This document shows, one piece after another, positions 39,562-52,817 of a stretch of 60,725 bases of DNA (positions are counted from its first letter, which is position 1; each line of letters opens with the position of its first letter). The notes below the pieces were generated by a model. The model did no database searches and was not told the origin of the DNA. It was given only the letters and a program-made list of their open reading frames with translations. The stretch is from assembly GCA_002245135.1 (NCBI GenBank), contig NGBS01000877.1, positions 186,001-246,725 on the forward strand, written 5' to 3'. The position numbers were made by a program, and so were the translations under genes. Source of the DNA: Proteromonas lacertae. Taxonomy: Eukaryota.

Positions 39562-40436
39562 TCAATTATTTGATTTATTGTATAAATAACATTGTTTATC
39601 AGTGATATTGTGAATGGTAAAGGATAATATGAATATAAAGATGATATCGATAATAAAATCATTTGATAATACTAGATTTAATATTATATTCATATAAATG
39701 TATAAAATTGAAGATATTCTGAGTAATTCACTGTTCATCAAAGGAAATATAGCCCATACAGTCCACAATATCCATGCAACAAGAATACCAGGTATTGAGT
39801 AAATATACATAGGAAATAATGAATTTGGGAGAGTATTAACAAATGTATATTTTATATCACACATTTCATTTATCAGTTAAAGATATTAGTATTAATAGAT
39901 ATAAAAATGATATATTCGTTCCGCATGAAGTTATTAATCTAGGAGGATAATAAGGAAATATAAAATAAACAATTGAAATAACAACATTCACAATCAAAAA
40001 GGAATTTCTTGTTTTCTAATCATATTACTCATCAAATAATACTATATATCTTCTTAGATCTTTATTATATAAATAAAATAGAGTAGATAGTGTAATTAAT
40101 GGTGTGAATAAGATATATAACCAACTAATTATAGAAATGACGTTTTTTAAACCAATAAATTTCATCTATTTAGTTATTATGTAGAATGATTAATACTTGT
40201 ATATCTTCTTCAAAGAATAAAAACATATATTTTTCAATTTTTATTAATCTGTATAGATTATTCACTTTATATGGTTGATAGGATGGTATGATCCAATTTA
40301 AATGAGATAAACTCTCGCAGCTAATATATAGATATCATTTATACAAGACTATTGTGGAAATGAGCAAAATCAATTCTTTCTTTCCATTTGAAACAATTAT
40401 TTTCTTGTCTTTCAACATCATTTCATTTGCTAACAT
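39562..40436 (-). CDS. Multi-pass membrane protein, hypothetical
   Basis: Hydrophobic exons with GT-AG introns; start and end approximate. Confidence 0.5.
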
Positions 40437-40566
40437 AATTAAATAACAATATAGCAGTGAAGAATATTTTATTCATGAATAATACAAAATACAGTCAAAA
40501 GTGTATTTTACTAAAATTTATTAAAAACCACCAAGAATGCCAAAAACATATAATAAAACAATTAAA

Positions 40567-41487
40567 TTATACATCATGAAAAGCTCCACTAACAGCAGCT
40601 TGAGCTCCAGCTTGGAACAATTCAGGATTATTCCTTGCAGCATTCATACCCATGCTAAACACCTTTTGACTCATCTCTGGATGTTCACTAACCATTCTTC
40701 TCATCTCAGCTTCTCCGCCAGTATAAATCACTGTAGGATCATCTTTTAATGACATTTTTATATCTCTTCCTTTTCCTCTGAAACTTGGATGTATACAGCA
40801 AGCGAAATATTGCCATAAGAAATTAACGAAGCATAATGCAGCACAGAGATATCCTCCCCACCAATGGGCACTTACACAGATTGTAGCTAAACTATTTAGA
40901 TTAGAATTTATATGTGAATTAATACAATAGATAGTAATTGGCTCTTCCTCTAAAACTAAACATAAATCCATACCAACTATAACAATCATATGAATATAAA
41001 TATACTGCATTAAACGAGTTCGAATGAATTTGAAATTTACTTCTTGTAAAAACTGGATGAATCCAAATAAACTATAAATTTATATATTATATGAACCATA
41101 CAAGCAATAAGCAGACAAAAATACAGAACCTAGACTGAAATTCACTAGATTACCAATAACACCCAGTATTCCAAGTAGACTAATAAAAAGAGATAGAAGC
41201 AAGTTAATGCATCTCATTCTACTCAACAAACTGTTAATACTCATCTTTCGAACACTAGAATAAAAATTGAAAAGAATACTCTAACGCCCAACAACTTTTT
41301 CCAGAACTTGCTCCAACTGGCTCAGATCCTACAGCAGTTGGAACTGACCCACCTGTTAATCTGTTGACTTCATCTGGATCTTCTTGAGCAACAAGGCTAC
41401 GCTATTAAAATATAAGCAAATCTAATATATCAAAATAAAAGATAAATGAAAACAGAAGAAGAATAGTAATCATACACCGTTATTCAT
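40567..41487 (-). CDS. COPI-associated/TVP15-like Golgi membrane protein
   Basis: Spliced sequence has FG....QE...K......YGFMFSFRGRANYYL within four hydrophobic segments. Confidence 0.75.
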
Positions 41488-41597
41488 TAATTTAAGAAAA
41501 ACAAAAATCAATCAATTCAAGCTTTCTGCTTGAAACAAAAACAAAAAATGTCAAATTTACAAATCCCAACCATAAATAGAAGAAAAATAAATATACT

Positions 41598-42495
41598 TTA
41601 TTTATAAGATTGAGTAATGGACCATGTAGAACTTAAATGAGGAGGATTTTGCATTAGTATCCTTTGATTTTCAAAAGAAAACATACTTTCTCTCTATTGC
41701 ATAAAATAATATATTTATATCATACGTTGTTCAATGTTGATGATGTTAAAATAGGTTCAAATTTAGGAAGTGACTATTTAAGTGAAATAGAAGGATAAAC
41801 ATACATTATTATTTGCATCCATTGAATGTAATCTGTAATATATATCCGATTGTAAAACTTTCAATTTCCAATAAGCTGCTTCATTATATAGTTGTTTTAA
41901 AGTTTCTCTTTTGTGTGGTAAATCTTTATTTCTTAAATAGTTTAGTAAGTATCTAAATATCCACCAATCTCCTCTTACATAATATGAACCATCTGATTCT
42001 TTGGTAAAATGAACTGGATTATCTTCACACAATGTAGCTAGTAAGCTGTCTGGTTCTTGTTGTAATACTGACGATGATGTTTGAAATATTTGACCTCCAA
42101 CGTTAATGGTTATAATCTTTTGAGGATTTATTGATTTTATTCTGTCAATATACCATTTACTTGATTTAGCATCTTCTAGTCTTTTTCTTTCATTCTCTAA
42201 TTCCATATTCTTTAATTCTAATTGATGTCTTTGAAATTTTAATGTTTGATATTTCTTCTTCAACTAATTCAAAATAGATAAATGAATAAATACTTCCTTT
42301 TTCTTATTGAGTAGAATTAATCTTCTTTGTGCTAATTGTGCTTGTTCAGCCCTATAGAAATTCTATGAATACATAAGAATACTGTATTGAATAATAAAGT
42401 TGATCCATAATTTGTTTACTTTGGTAAGATGTATTATTTAATGTCTGTGAAACCATTCTTTGATTATTTGGGTAATAATTAGTTGAGTTATACAT
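41598..42495 (-). CDS. Coiled coil plus BTB/POZ (KCTD/T1-type) protein
   Basis: Motifs ITINVGGQIFQTS...L...PDSLL, FRYLLNYLR, L..EA.YW.L..L. Confidence 0.85.
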
Positions 42496-42562
42496 CACAA
42501 TTTCAAAATCAGTTTAAATTTCATCAAATAAGTTTGATTATTGAATTGACAAAATAACATCT

Positions 42563-43148
42563 ATGGAGCGTCCAAATATACATATAGAAACAGGAGATAA
42601 TATATCTCCGAGGACTCCAAAGAATAGAAATATAAAAACACCTTCAGGCAATCTTGAAGTTTGGCCTGAGTGGTTGGTCGAAGAGTTAGAAGAGCATTTA
42701 AGTATATCTAATATCTATTTAATCTATAGAATCACCTGTAAGACAACAATTCATAGAACGAACAATTTCTCAGACAGAAAAAGAATTACGCAATTTAGAA
42801 AATAAATTATCACCTCACGATGATTCGACTGAACAAATAGAAACTAAAACACCAATTTCACCACCAAAAGTTGAAAATATACAAAATGTGGAACAACCTA
42901 TAGTAACAAAGCAAGAAGTATCTTTATTTGGACCTCATCCCATATTTGGTTTGGGTTTGATTGGTTTGATATGGGGATTTATAGTTCAAGTCGTTTTAAA
43001 ATTACTTCATTTCCCTGTCTTTCAACATCAGTTGTTTTGTATTGGTATAGTTATTATTCCGTCATTAATTATTTGGTTTATAATCCTACAAATGGATAAT
43101 ATGTTGTATAAATCAATAATTAATACAAAAGTCAATAATGTAGATTAG
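42563..43148 (+). CDS. Small protein with two C-terminal TM segments, hypothetical
   Basis: One intron near 42702-42729 joins the two ORF fragments; two hydrophobic stretches. Confidence 0.6.
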
Positions 43149-43306
43149 TCTTCTAAAAATCACTTATATTAATCCTTTTATTTTCTTTTGTTTATTTTTT
43201 TTACTGTATTAATTAATCTAAGAAACAATAATCAAATTTAATAAAATCTTACTGATTATGAAAACCTATCATAAAATAAAACAATTAATTCGATAATTTA
43301 ACAAAC

Positions 43307-46273
43307 CTAAAAATATTTACGAGCATCTCCTTTCTCTTTTAAACTCAACAATACATCAAACAAAGTTTCCCCACAATTAGATCTTCTTATATCCAAAGCA
43401 GATATTTTATCAACTCCTTTTGGTCTTCGTATTAAATCTAATAATTGATATAATAAATTCTCAGGAGTACCCCAATTCGTTAATTCTTGAAATGACATTT
43501 GTCTTTGTTTACATTGTAAGAAATATAACATATCATCTGCTCCAATATAACCATCTATATCATAATCCAAACATCTAAACCAATATTCAATACTTGAATC
43601 AGACATTCTGTCTTTTTCAAAGAAATAAAACCATACAAAATCTAAATAATTCATTGTATTCTTTACTGTTGATGATAATTTCCTCGCTTTACCACTTAAC
43701 ACTTGTTCTAAACAAGCATTGGTTAATGAATATTTAGATGAACTTTTAAAATCATAAATATTAATTAAACCATCTCTATTACCATCGATTGATATAAAAT
43801 CTGAATAAATATTCATTATATAATCCGAACTGAATATTTGGACTCTATTTACGTTACTAGTCAAAGCAATAAAGAATGCTTCAATTAAATTGGAGGATTT
43901 TAAATCACTTAATGATAATTCATTATACTTTTGTTTACTAACTGTATAGAAAATTGCTATTGTTACTGTATCAATATATATTTTATGCAGATTTGAATCT
44001 CTTCTAATTTTATCCAAGTCATTTTGTGATAAGAATATCTGTAACAATGGTTTTAATTCATCTTTACCAATTGATGTTTTTTCATTTACATTTAATAAAT
44101 TCCAATATTTTAATGTTGTATCACAGTATAATACTTTATTTTGATAATAATCCATAAATACATTCAGAGTTAATTGAGTGTTTTTATCTTTACATATTCT
44201 ATTATACAGCAGCATTGATAAAGGTGCTGGAAATCCACAAATCTATGAACAAATAGAATTAAATAAATATATATATATATATATACATCATTTGTCAACA
44301 TTGATAATTCATTAATATTATCTTTGCTAATTATTCCATAACATGACTTAAATATATTATTAATCTTCAACAGTGTTTGACTAGGAGCAGATTGAGATGG
44401 ATTTCTAAATGATTTTTTAAACAAAACAGTTGGTAAATAATGATGTTCAGTTGCTTCTTTTAATAAAGAAGTTGTCCTAGCTTTCTCTTCTTCATACATC
44501 GTATTAAGTGTTTGTAACTTTTGTACTGATGTTGTTAATTGTAAAACTCTCTTTTTATCATTTGCTTCTAATTGTTGTATTCTTTTTTGTAATTCTTGTT
44601 TCTCTTCTTTTAATTTCTTCATTTCTGTTTGTAATTGTAATACCTTTTCACTATCCACATTGTTTTGTGTTGAAGTATTATTATTACTATTTTTTGATAA
44701 ACATGAACTTATTCCTAATTGATATAAAAATGAATTTACTTCTTCTAAATCACTTACTAAATATACTGGTTTTCTTGAAATACCAGCAGGTAATAGAGCT
44801 TTATCTTTATTTAAGTTAACATCTAATGCTAATTGTTTAATACAATACAAATAATGTCTTGTATTTTTATATACATCTTTAACTGGAATCATTGTTAATA
44901 CACCATGATAATATATCTTCCTATTATATTGGTATAATAAAGTAGTTAATGTTATTTGTGAACCTGTTAATTTCGCTTCTTTTAAGTCTTTAATATCTTC
45001 ATCTGGTGTCGCTGATCCAAATATAACTGATATATCTTTATTCAATATGGATGGTAATGGCCATTGTGTTATTTTACAGAAATTGGGAGTTACATGGATG
45101 ATCTTTTCATTATTAATTCCCTATTGATAATAGAACTGCAAATATATATATACTTTATAATCAGTTACAATATAATAAAATTCTGGTATAAATTGAATCA
45201 TTGCATGTAATGGATCAATTTCACTTGTTCCAGTAACTTTAGTGATTGGATCTGATTGCATTAGTTTAGCAGATGATTGTGTTTGAGGTTGGCTACTGGA
45301 TCTTTCAACGGAAACAATATTATCATCATAATCATCACCATCTTTACTGATTCTAGCTCGAATATAGGCTTGAAGTCTTTGCCTTTGTAAATAGTTTTCT
45401 ATTGCTTGTGTTATATCTGCTGCATTTACTGGTTTGTGACTATCAATAAAGCATAATATATATTTTTTTATAAATACAGAATATCTGCAATTCCTAATTT
45501 TTGAGCTTCTTCTATTTCTGCACTATCCGCATCTACTAATGCTGTGAATATAAACACTGGAAGTGACTTCAACTCAGGGTGACTTCTAATCGATTTCAAA
45601 ACATCCACTCCATTCTTGCCTGGCATTAATAAATCTAAAATAACAGCATCATACTATTTATATTTTAATTAAATTTTGCATATATATACTGTATTACTAA
45701 TTATATTATTCAATGCTTCCACTCCGCTATGAGCTAAGGTTGGTATATATCCCTTACTTGATAATATTCTACTTAATATCTTCAGATTGATATCTTCATC
45801 ATCAACACACAGTATATTCCTTAATGTTCTTGTATCTGGGGAAATATAGAGTTTTGTTTTTGTTACTTCTTTTTCTAGCACTTCATTGACTTGTTTTACC
45901 ACTTGAGTTCTGATTAAAGGTTTTGTTATGTATCCATGAGCTCCTAATTCGATACTCGTCACAACATCCTTTTCATCGTCCTAGATAAAAAATATATTAT
46001 ATGGCATACTTGTGCAGAAATCATGATAATAATCATATCGTCCAGCCTTGGATCTAGCTTAACTTTCTTTAAAACCTGAAATCCATCCATCTTAGGCATA
46101 TTTATATCTAATATCATTAATGCTGGTATATTAAATTTTAAATATTCGAGGGCTTTCTCACCTGAATCAACTAGATTTAGATTGTAGCTATTTTTAAGGA
46201 ATCTATCCAATGTAGTTCTAATGATTAAATCATCATCTACCACTAGTATCGTTTTCTTTTCATCAGTTTGCAT
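43307..46273 (-). CDS. Receiver-receiver-PAS-coiled coil-PP2A B'' (PR72-like EF-hand) fusion protein
   Basis: Introns 45981-46009, 45654-45689, 45440-45477, 45121-45153 and 44243-44286 give one open frame; two REC domains, a LOV-like PAS, and the B'' signature DFVWF...EKD....SIEYWFRCLDYD.DG. Confidence 0.88.
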
Positions 46274-46509
46274 AATAAAATCGATTATAAAATTTCAAAA
46301 TGGTACAAACCAATCAAATCTTTTTATCAGTGTATCTTATTCATGCTGGTCATATATGTGGATTAGACACATAGAAAATATTACAAACTACGTAAATTAT
46401 GTACATGAGCATAATATCATAAAAATACCCATCATTTGTTTTTATAATTTTGATTGAAATACAAATTAAAATGAGAGTGTCTTATAAATAAAATTATATC
46501 ATATTTTCC

Positions 46510-49156
46510 CTATTTATTCTTCTCAATATAGTATTCAAGCGACACTTTACTTCTATCTTGTAAATAGCCTGCCATTAGAATATTCTCTTCCTCTAATTCA
46601 TCAACCCATTTCTATAAGCATATATAATAACATAATAATATATACCTCTTTAACTACTGGACATTCCTTAACATAGTTGCAAGGGTAACTGCCTACTCTT
46701 CCTTTCAATTCACCTTCCTTCCAATCCAGTGTAGACTCAGGTGGACTTAATACTTTTATTCTATCACCTTTACGGAAAGGTAATTCATCTTCTTTCTCAG
46801 TTTTGAAATCATACATAGCAATAACATACCTATTCTCTTCAAAATGTTCTTCCTTCATAACAAAACCTTTTTCATACTGTTCAATTAAGCTTTGACAATT
46901 AATCTCAACATCTTCTTTAGGTTCCCAACTAGCACCATTCAAATCACAATTCTTCCAGAATACTCTATATTGAACAATACCATCATTAGATAAAAACCTT
47001 TTACCAATAATTCTATCAACAGTATAAGGTAAATTTCTTTTCACAGCCAATTCTTTATTCTCAATATTAACATCTGGTGTTGATAATGGTGTAGTAGTTA
47101 ATAATGATGGTTGAATTGGAGTAACAGGAGCAGATACAGATGAAGATAATGACGTTCTATCTGATATTCTATCAGGTTTTATTATTATTTCTTTTTTAAT
47201 TACTGTCTTATCTCTACATAAAGGACAAATGAAAGAATCATTATAATCACTTTCAGTCAAATCAAAGCAACTAAGATGAATATAACCATGACAATGATCT
47301 CTAGTCAAATTAGAATGACAAACAACCATCCCAGTTCTGTTGTAATTCAAGCACTTACAATATCTCTTTAATATTCCATGTTTTGGATAATTCAATTTGA
47401 ACTGTGATTCACTTCCACCACCTCCATAATTATTCTCATCTTCACTATCACCTGTTTCATCATCTCTTTCAAGATAATTCCATTTTAATTCACATAATTT
47501 ATTATACTATTAATAACAAACAATAATATTATATATATAATTATATACAATATTATTAATATAGAAATCTTTCATTGTTTCACCTACTTTTCTGTATATT
47601 TCAAGTCCTTTATAACTGTGATATTTTATACAGTTATTCCACACTCTCATTACATCATCATGAAAATCAGCATATTGGAAATATATTTTATTCTTTACAT
47701 TATTCTCTATGGTACGTATATCCATAGGTTTCTTTATAATCTCAAAATAATCAGGAACATTATCATTTATTGGATTTACTGGTTGTAAAAATATCGCTGA
47801 TTTCTTATACATTTTGATTGTATTTATTACAGATTTTAAGACACTGTCAAATATTAACGATTGTCTATTTACCATATCAGGACTCCATACTGGTGGAACT
47901 TCATTATCATCATCATCGTCATATTCAATTGGGTTTGTTATAATTGGTAATTTCGTATGGGAAGATGAAGAAGATTTTGTTGGTTTTTTCATATTCTAAT
48001 TATTATTATAACAAAATTATAAGTATATAAAAATACAGCTTCAAAATAGAAATACATCATTATATCTTGTTGTTTAATAATTGCTAAAAACTTCTCTATA
48101 CTATCAGTATATTTCTCAATATTAATAGGCGGTAATAAAAACCCATATATGATAATAACGAATGTTCTTCACATTGACAACATAACCAATGTTCTGTATT
48201 TGTATAAGTTAATATTCCACGACATTTACTGTGAAATGGAGCAAAACAATTACTACATCTGTGAAATTCTTTACCTTCCTTTTTCTCTTTATTACATACA
48301 ACACATTTATTCATCATTTTGAAATCTTGTGCACAATAAGGACAAACATATTGACTTTTACTACTTGCACATTTTGAACAACATTGTTTATAACAGAATA
48401 AACACCAATTTGGATGGTTTTGAACTGGTTGATTGCAGATAAAACATTCTGTATCATAATATACACTTGGATAATCGTATTGCATTCTTTTGTACTTCTT
48501 TAAGGCAGTTATTTTGAATTTTAATGTATTTGATTTTTTAGCTGTGATATATGCTTTTATACTAGGATCAACGTTTTTTATTGATTTGTCGATATAAATC
48601 AATGAATTTTCTTGGTTTTTCTGAGTTCCCCAATAATAATATGCATATTTATCTTTTTCATTTACATAAGATACTGGGTAGGAATTTTTTAGACATTCTT
48701 GAATCTTTTCATCAGTTCTTACTCTATGTTCACACATTAACCATAATACATTGATTTTATCAAGTAATGTTAATTGATCAAATGAATGGAATTTGAATCG
48801 AATGGGTATTCTCTTCTCAGCAAAATAATCTTTTAATGACACAATGAAATCAGCTGGGGGTTGAGTAATCCATTCCCTATTTGTGATTTTTTTAATTAGA
48901 CTTATTATTGAATCTTTCTATTAAATATAAACGTAAAAAGTTATACAATTTCTTTAGTTTTGGTATTTACACAATTATTCAATGTTTCTTTCAGTTTCTA
49001 TAATTATAATAAATATATTATACATCTTTATTTAAAAGAATAGTATTACATCCTAAAATACTGTTACATGAACTAATTAAATAGCATTTTACAATTATAC
49101 TATATGAAGTACAGGACAGCAGCATGCTTCCATGTGCATTCAGCATTCATGTCCAT
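46510..49156 (-). CDS. Chromatin reader with DDT/WHIM1-like, Cys-rich PHD-type fingers, bromodomain, PHD, chromodomain and SH3
   Basis: FDQLTLLDKINVLWLMCE (WHIM1-like); Cys-rich fingers; FLQPV...VPDYFEIIKKPMD (bromo); YTVDRII...YRVFWK...SWEP (chromo); AMYDF...DELPFRKGD...W..GE...G.YP.NYV (SH3); junction at 48096-48144 uncertain. Confidence 0.8.
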
Positions 49157-49180
49157 AGAAAAATAATGATTTAGTTAACA

Positions 49181-49187
49181 GGCTTGA
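49181..49187 (+). promoter_or_regulatory. GGCTTGA motif in a 72-bp bidirectional spacer
   Basis: Lies between the ATG at 49156 (-) and the ATG at 49229 (+). Confidence 0.5.
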
Positions 49188-49228
49188 TTGAAGTTTGAGT
49201 TTCAAAATTTTTATTCTTTGTTTATAAC

Positions 49229-51441
49229 ATGTCTGAAGTGGCAAAAGTATGGATGTGGGTAGGTATCTACTCAGAAAAGAAAGATGTATAATAAAATATA
49301 TCTATATCCTAGTTGGTCTTCGGAATTAACTATAAATCGTTTTATGTGACAATATATAAAGAAGAGAGTGTTGTATATTTATAAGTCTGATGTACATTAG
49401 GTTGATACATTTGCTTTCAAAAATATACTAAGAGCTGTTCCGAATTATTATGATAAGAGTAAATTCTCAATATATTTTCTTGAGTATATTCATCATTACT
49501 AAATTAATAGTGGTCAACCAAAAGTAGAATATAGCACAGCTTCTGTGTATGAAACACAGCTATTATGCAAACATTTGAATGATATATCCAATGGTAATAT
49601 CGATTATACAGATCATTATCTTAATCCAGAAAGAAATGAAGCAATGTATCACTGTGAATTAGAAAAGAGATTCAGTAATGAAAGAATCAAATTTTGTGTT
49701 GATGGGTTTAGAATACAAATATTAAAACTAACAAGAGCAGCTACTGGTATAAATATATTAATTATTATAAAATAGAATATATACCAATTATAGTCATTCC
49801 ATTATATGATAGTCGAGTTATTTTAACATCAGAAACTTCAATACAAATCACAACTTATAAAGACTATCACATTCTATTTGATGATTATGAAAAGTTAGAA
49901 GAATGTAAAATATGTATTGATAATGGAAGAAGAATAGCACAAGATCTCTCCAATCTAACACTATCAGTATCATATCTTATATTTATTCAAATAGGAAGGA
50001 TTTACAGTATGGAAACCAGATATAAAACAAGTCAAACCAAGACCAGTTAAAGAAACAGTTAAAGAAGATATTGATTTCCACAAATGCAAAATTACACTAT
50101 ACAGCTGGGGTGATAATAGATTTGGTCAATTAGGCTGTCCAGGTCAAGGTATATCAGACTATAGTCCATTTCCAGTGGAAGTTCCTTATATTACATCAAT
50201 TGTTAATATTAATTGTGGTTGTAATCATGCTGCTATTGTTAATAATGATGGTAAAGTATATATTTGGGGTGATAATACATATGGACAGTTAGGAATATTT
50301 GATCATGGACCGCAATCAATATCAAGACCAACAATTGTATATTTTATTTTTTTTTTACTTTTATTTTTATTTTAATATAGATTCCCAATTTACAGAATAT
50401 TACCTCAATTTGTTGTGGTAAGTCACATACATTAGCTCTTACTGATATGGGTACTGTATATAGTTGGGGTTATGGTAAGAATGGAGAATTAGGTTTAGGA
50501 GGAATGATATTATGTCCATCACCCAAATTAATTGAGATAAGAAATCAAACCAAAAATGAACCAGTGAAAATCACTAAATTATCATGTAGTTTTCACACAA
50601 GTGCATTTTTAACGAATAATGGTGAAGTGTATATGTGTGGTAATGGATGGTATGGCCAACTTGGTAATAATTCACAAGATAATGTTTGTAGACCTATTTT
50701 ACTATCTTTACCTAATAAAATGAATAAAGTATCTTGTGGTGAAACATTTACTGCATTTCTAGATATTGCTGGTTATTTATATATTACTGGAAAGATAGGA
50801 ATTAGTGAAGAACAGTTTAATTCTAATACTAAAGATTATTTATATCCAGTTGCATTGAGAATTATTGATGATAAAAGAGTTGAGTTGATTAGTAGTGGTA
50901 AAAATCATTTAGTTGTAAGTGCTGGTGAGAAAGATAATAGTGTAATACTGTCAATGGGAAATGGTAAAGGATTAGGATATAGTAATGAATATAGTGGTGT
51001 ATATATTATATTATTATTATCAAATAGAGTTTAACTTGTATTGCTGCATTAAATGGTGAACATGTGATAGATATTAGTTGTGGTGATGAATTTACTGCAG
51101 TTCTATTGGAAGATGGAAGAGTATTATCATTTGGTAGTAATGAATATGGTGAATTAGGAATTGGATATACAATTGATTCTATTGGTCCAATTCCAACCAA
51201 ATTAGTTCCAGATATGAAATATGTGAAAGTATTATGTGGAAGTCATTTTACTTTGTGTTGTTCTGTTGCTAATGCTGATTTGGATAGTAAGAATGAAAGA
51301 AGAGGAAGTGTTGTTTCTGGTAAAACAAAAAGTCCAAAAAAGAAGAGAGAAGGTGGTGGTGGTGGAAGAAGAAATACAAAAAGACCAAAGAAAGGATCTA
51401 GATCTTCAACTAGAACACTTTCTGTTGTTTTGCCTTTATAA
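49229..51441 (+). CDS. RCC1-repeat protein with an uncharacterised N-terminal region and basic C-terminal tail
   Basis: Repeats of CG..H......G.VY.WG.N..GQLG; many short introns. Confidence 0.88.
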
Positions 51442-51513
51442 TTAATTCTTTTATTTATTAATAAATTAAAATGAAATAATTTCATACATATATATTTTAT
51501 TTTATGTTCTTAT

Positions 51514-52666
51514 TTATAATGAGAATGATGTTCGATCTCTTTCACAAGCAACACCATAATAACCTGTTAAACATTCGCATTCTCCTGTTTCAGTATTACA
51601 ATTTCCTTTTCCACCACATTCTTCTGATTTTAAACTACTACCATTAACTGTATTATTTGCTTTAAAAGTTAACTCCTTTTGATTAGTAGCAGCAGAATTA
51701 TCTTTAACAGCCATTGTTTTTATATTTGGATCAATTGAACGAAATTTAATTGTTATTTTTGAATATTTTGATGGTGTAACAGGTGCTTTACATTCAACTA
51801 AAACTGTTTCAATTGACATTCCTGGTATTACTTTAAGTGCTTGATTTATATTCTCTGCAGTAATTGTATCTGTATTACTACATTCACCATTATTAATACT
51901 TTGTGTTTTGAATGTATTTCCATTTTTATATTCAACTTCAAAATAAAATTCAGATTTTAATACATCATCTAAATCACCAGCAGTAGGACTGTTATTATCA
52001 GCTTCATATGTTAATGTTGTATCACTATCAATATTAGAATAACCTAATGGACATGTTCTTAAACTACAATCACTTCCACTAAAACCCTCATCACATATAC
52101 AACTATAAAACTTCTCTAATTCCCAACCATTGTATGATCCACCACCATTTCCATTATAGTCTTTATATTTCTCATAATTTGATATACACTTACCATGACC
52201 ATTACAAGGTAATTTACTGTTTGATGCTGTTGGACAACTACGACGTTCACATGCACTTCCTTCAAAACCACCTTGACAAGCACACTCACCTGTTTTTCTA
52301 TTACATATTCCACTATTTGAACATTCTGCATAACGATGAAATCTATTTTTAGTTACATAACCAGATAAATCAGGGTTTATTCTATAAGATGTCCATTCAG
52401 TTGCGTATTTTACATTAATAGGACTGCCAGTTCCTCCTTCATGATTGAGATTTCCTAAAGGAAGATCAGCAAAAGCTTCACCATATGGACATATTCCTAT
52501 ATTATTTTTTATTAATAAATTTAATACTTAAACTACAATCATTACCTCCCCATCCCATAAAACAGCTACAAACATCCTTAGTACCACATTTACCATGACC
52601 ACTACAATAATTTTCACACCCTAAGGATAATATTATCAGTAGACTAAAAAAAATCCATTTAAACAT
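51514..52666 (-). CDS. Second tubular mastigoneme (Ocm1/Sig1)-type EGF protein
   Basis: Signal peptide MFKWIFFSLLIILSLG; CENYCSGHGKC...DCSLR|ICPYGEAFAD, HRYAECSNSGICNRKTGEC; 31-bp intron 52497-52527 at the same position as in the paralogue at 9583. Confidence 0.8.
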
Positions 52667-52817
52667 GATTTAAAAAAGAAAAAGAAATTGTAAGTTGAAA
52701 ATATATCCGTTTCAAATATATCAAAAAAAAAATTCTCATTCATAATCAATATAAAACATCTCAAATGATGTTAAAATAGATAAATAGAACTACATTAAAA
52801 CAATTAATAAATAATAT

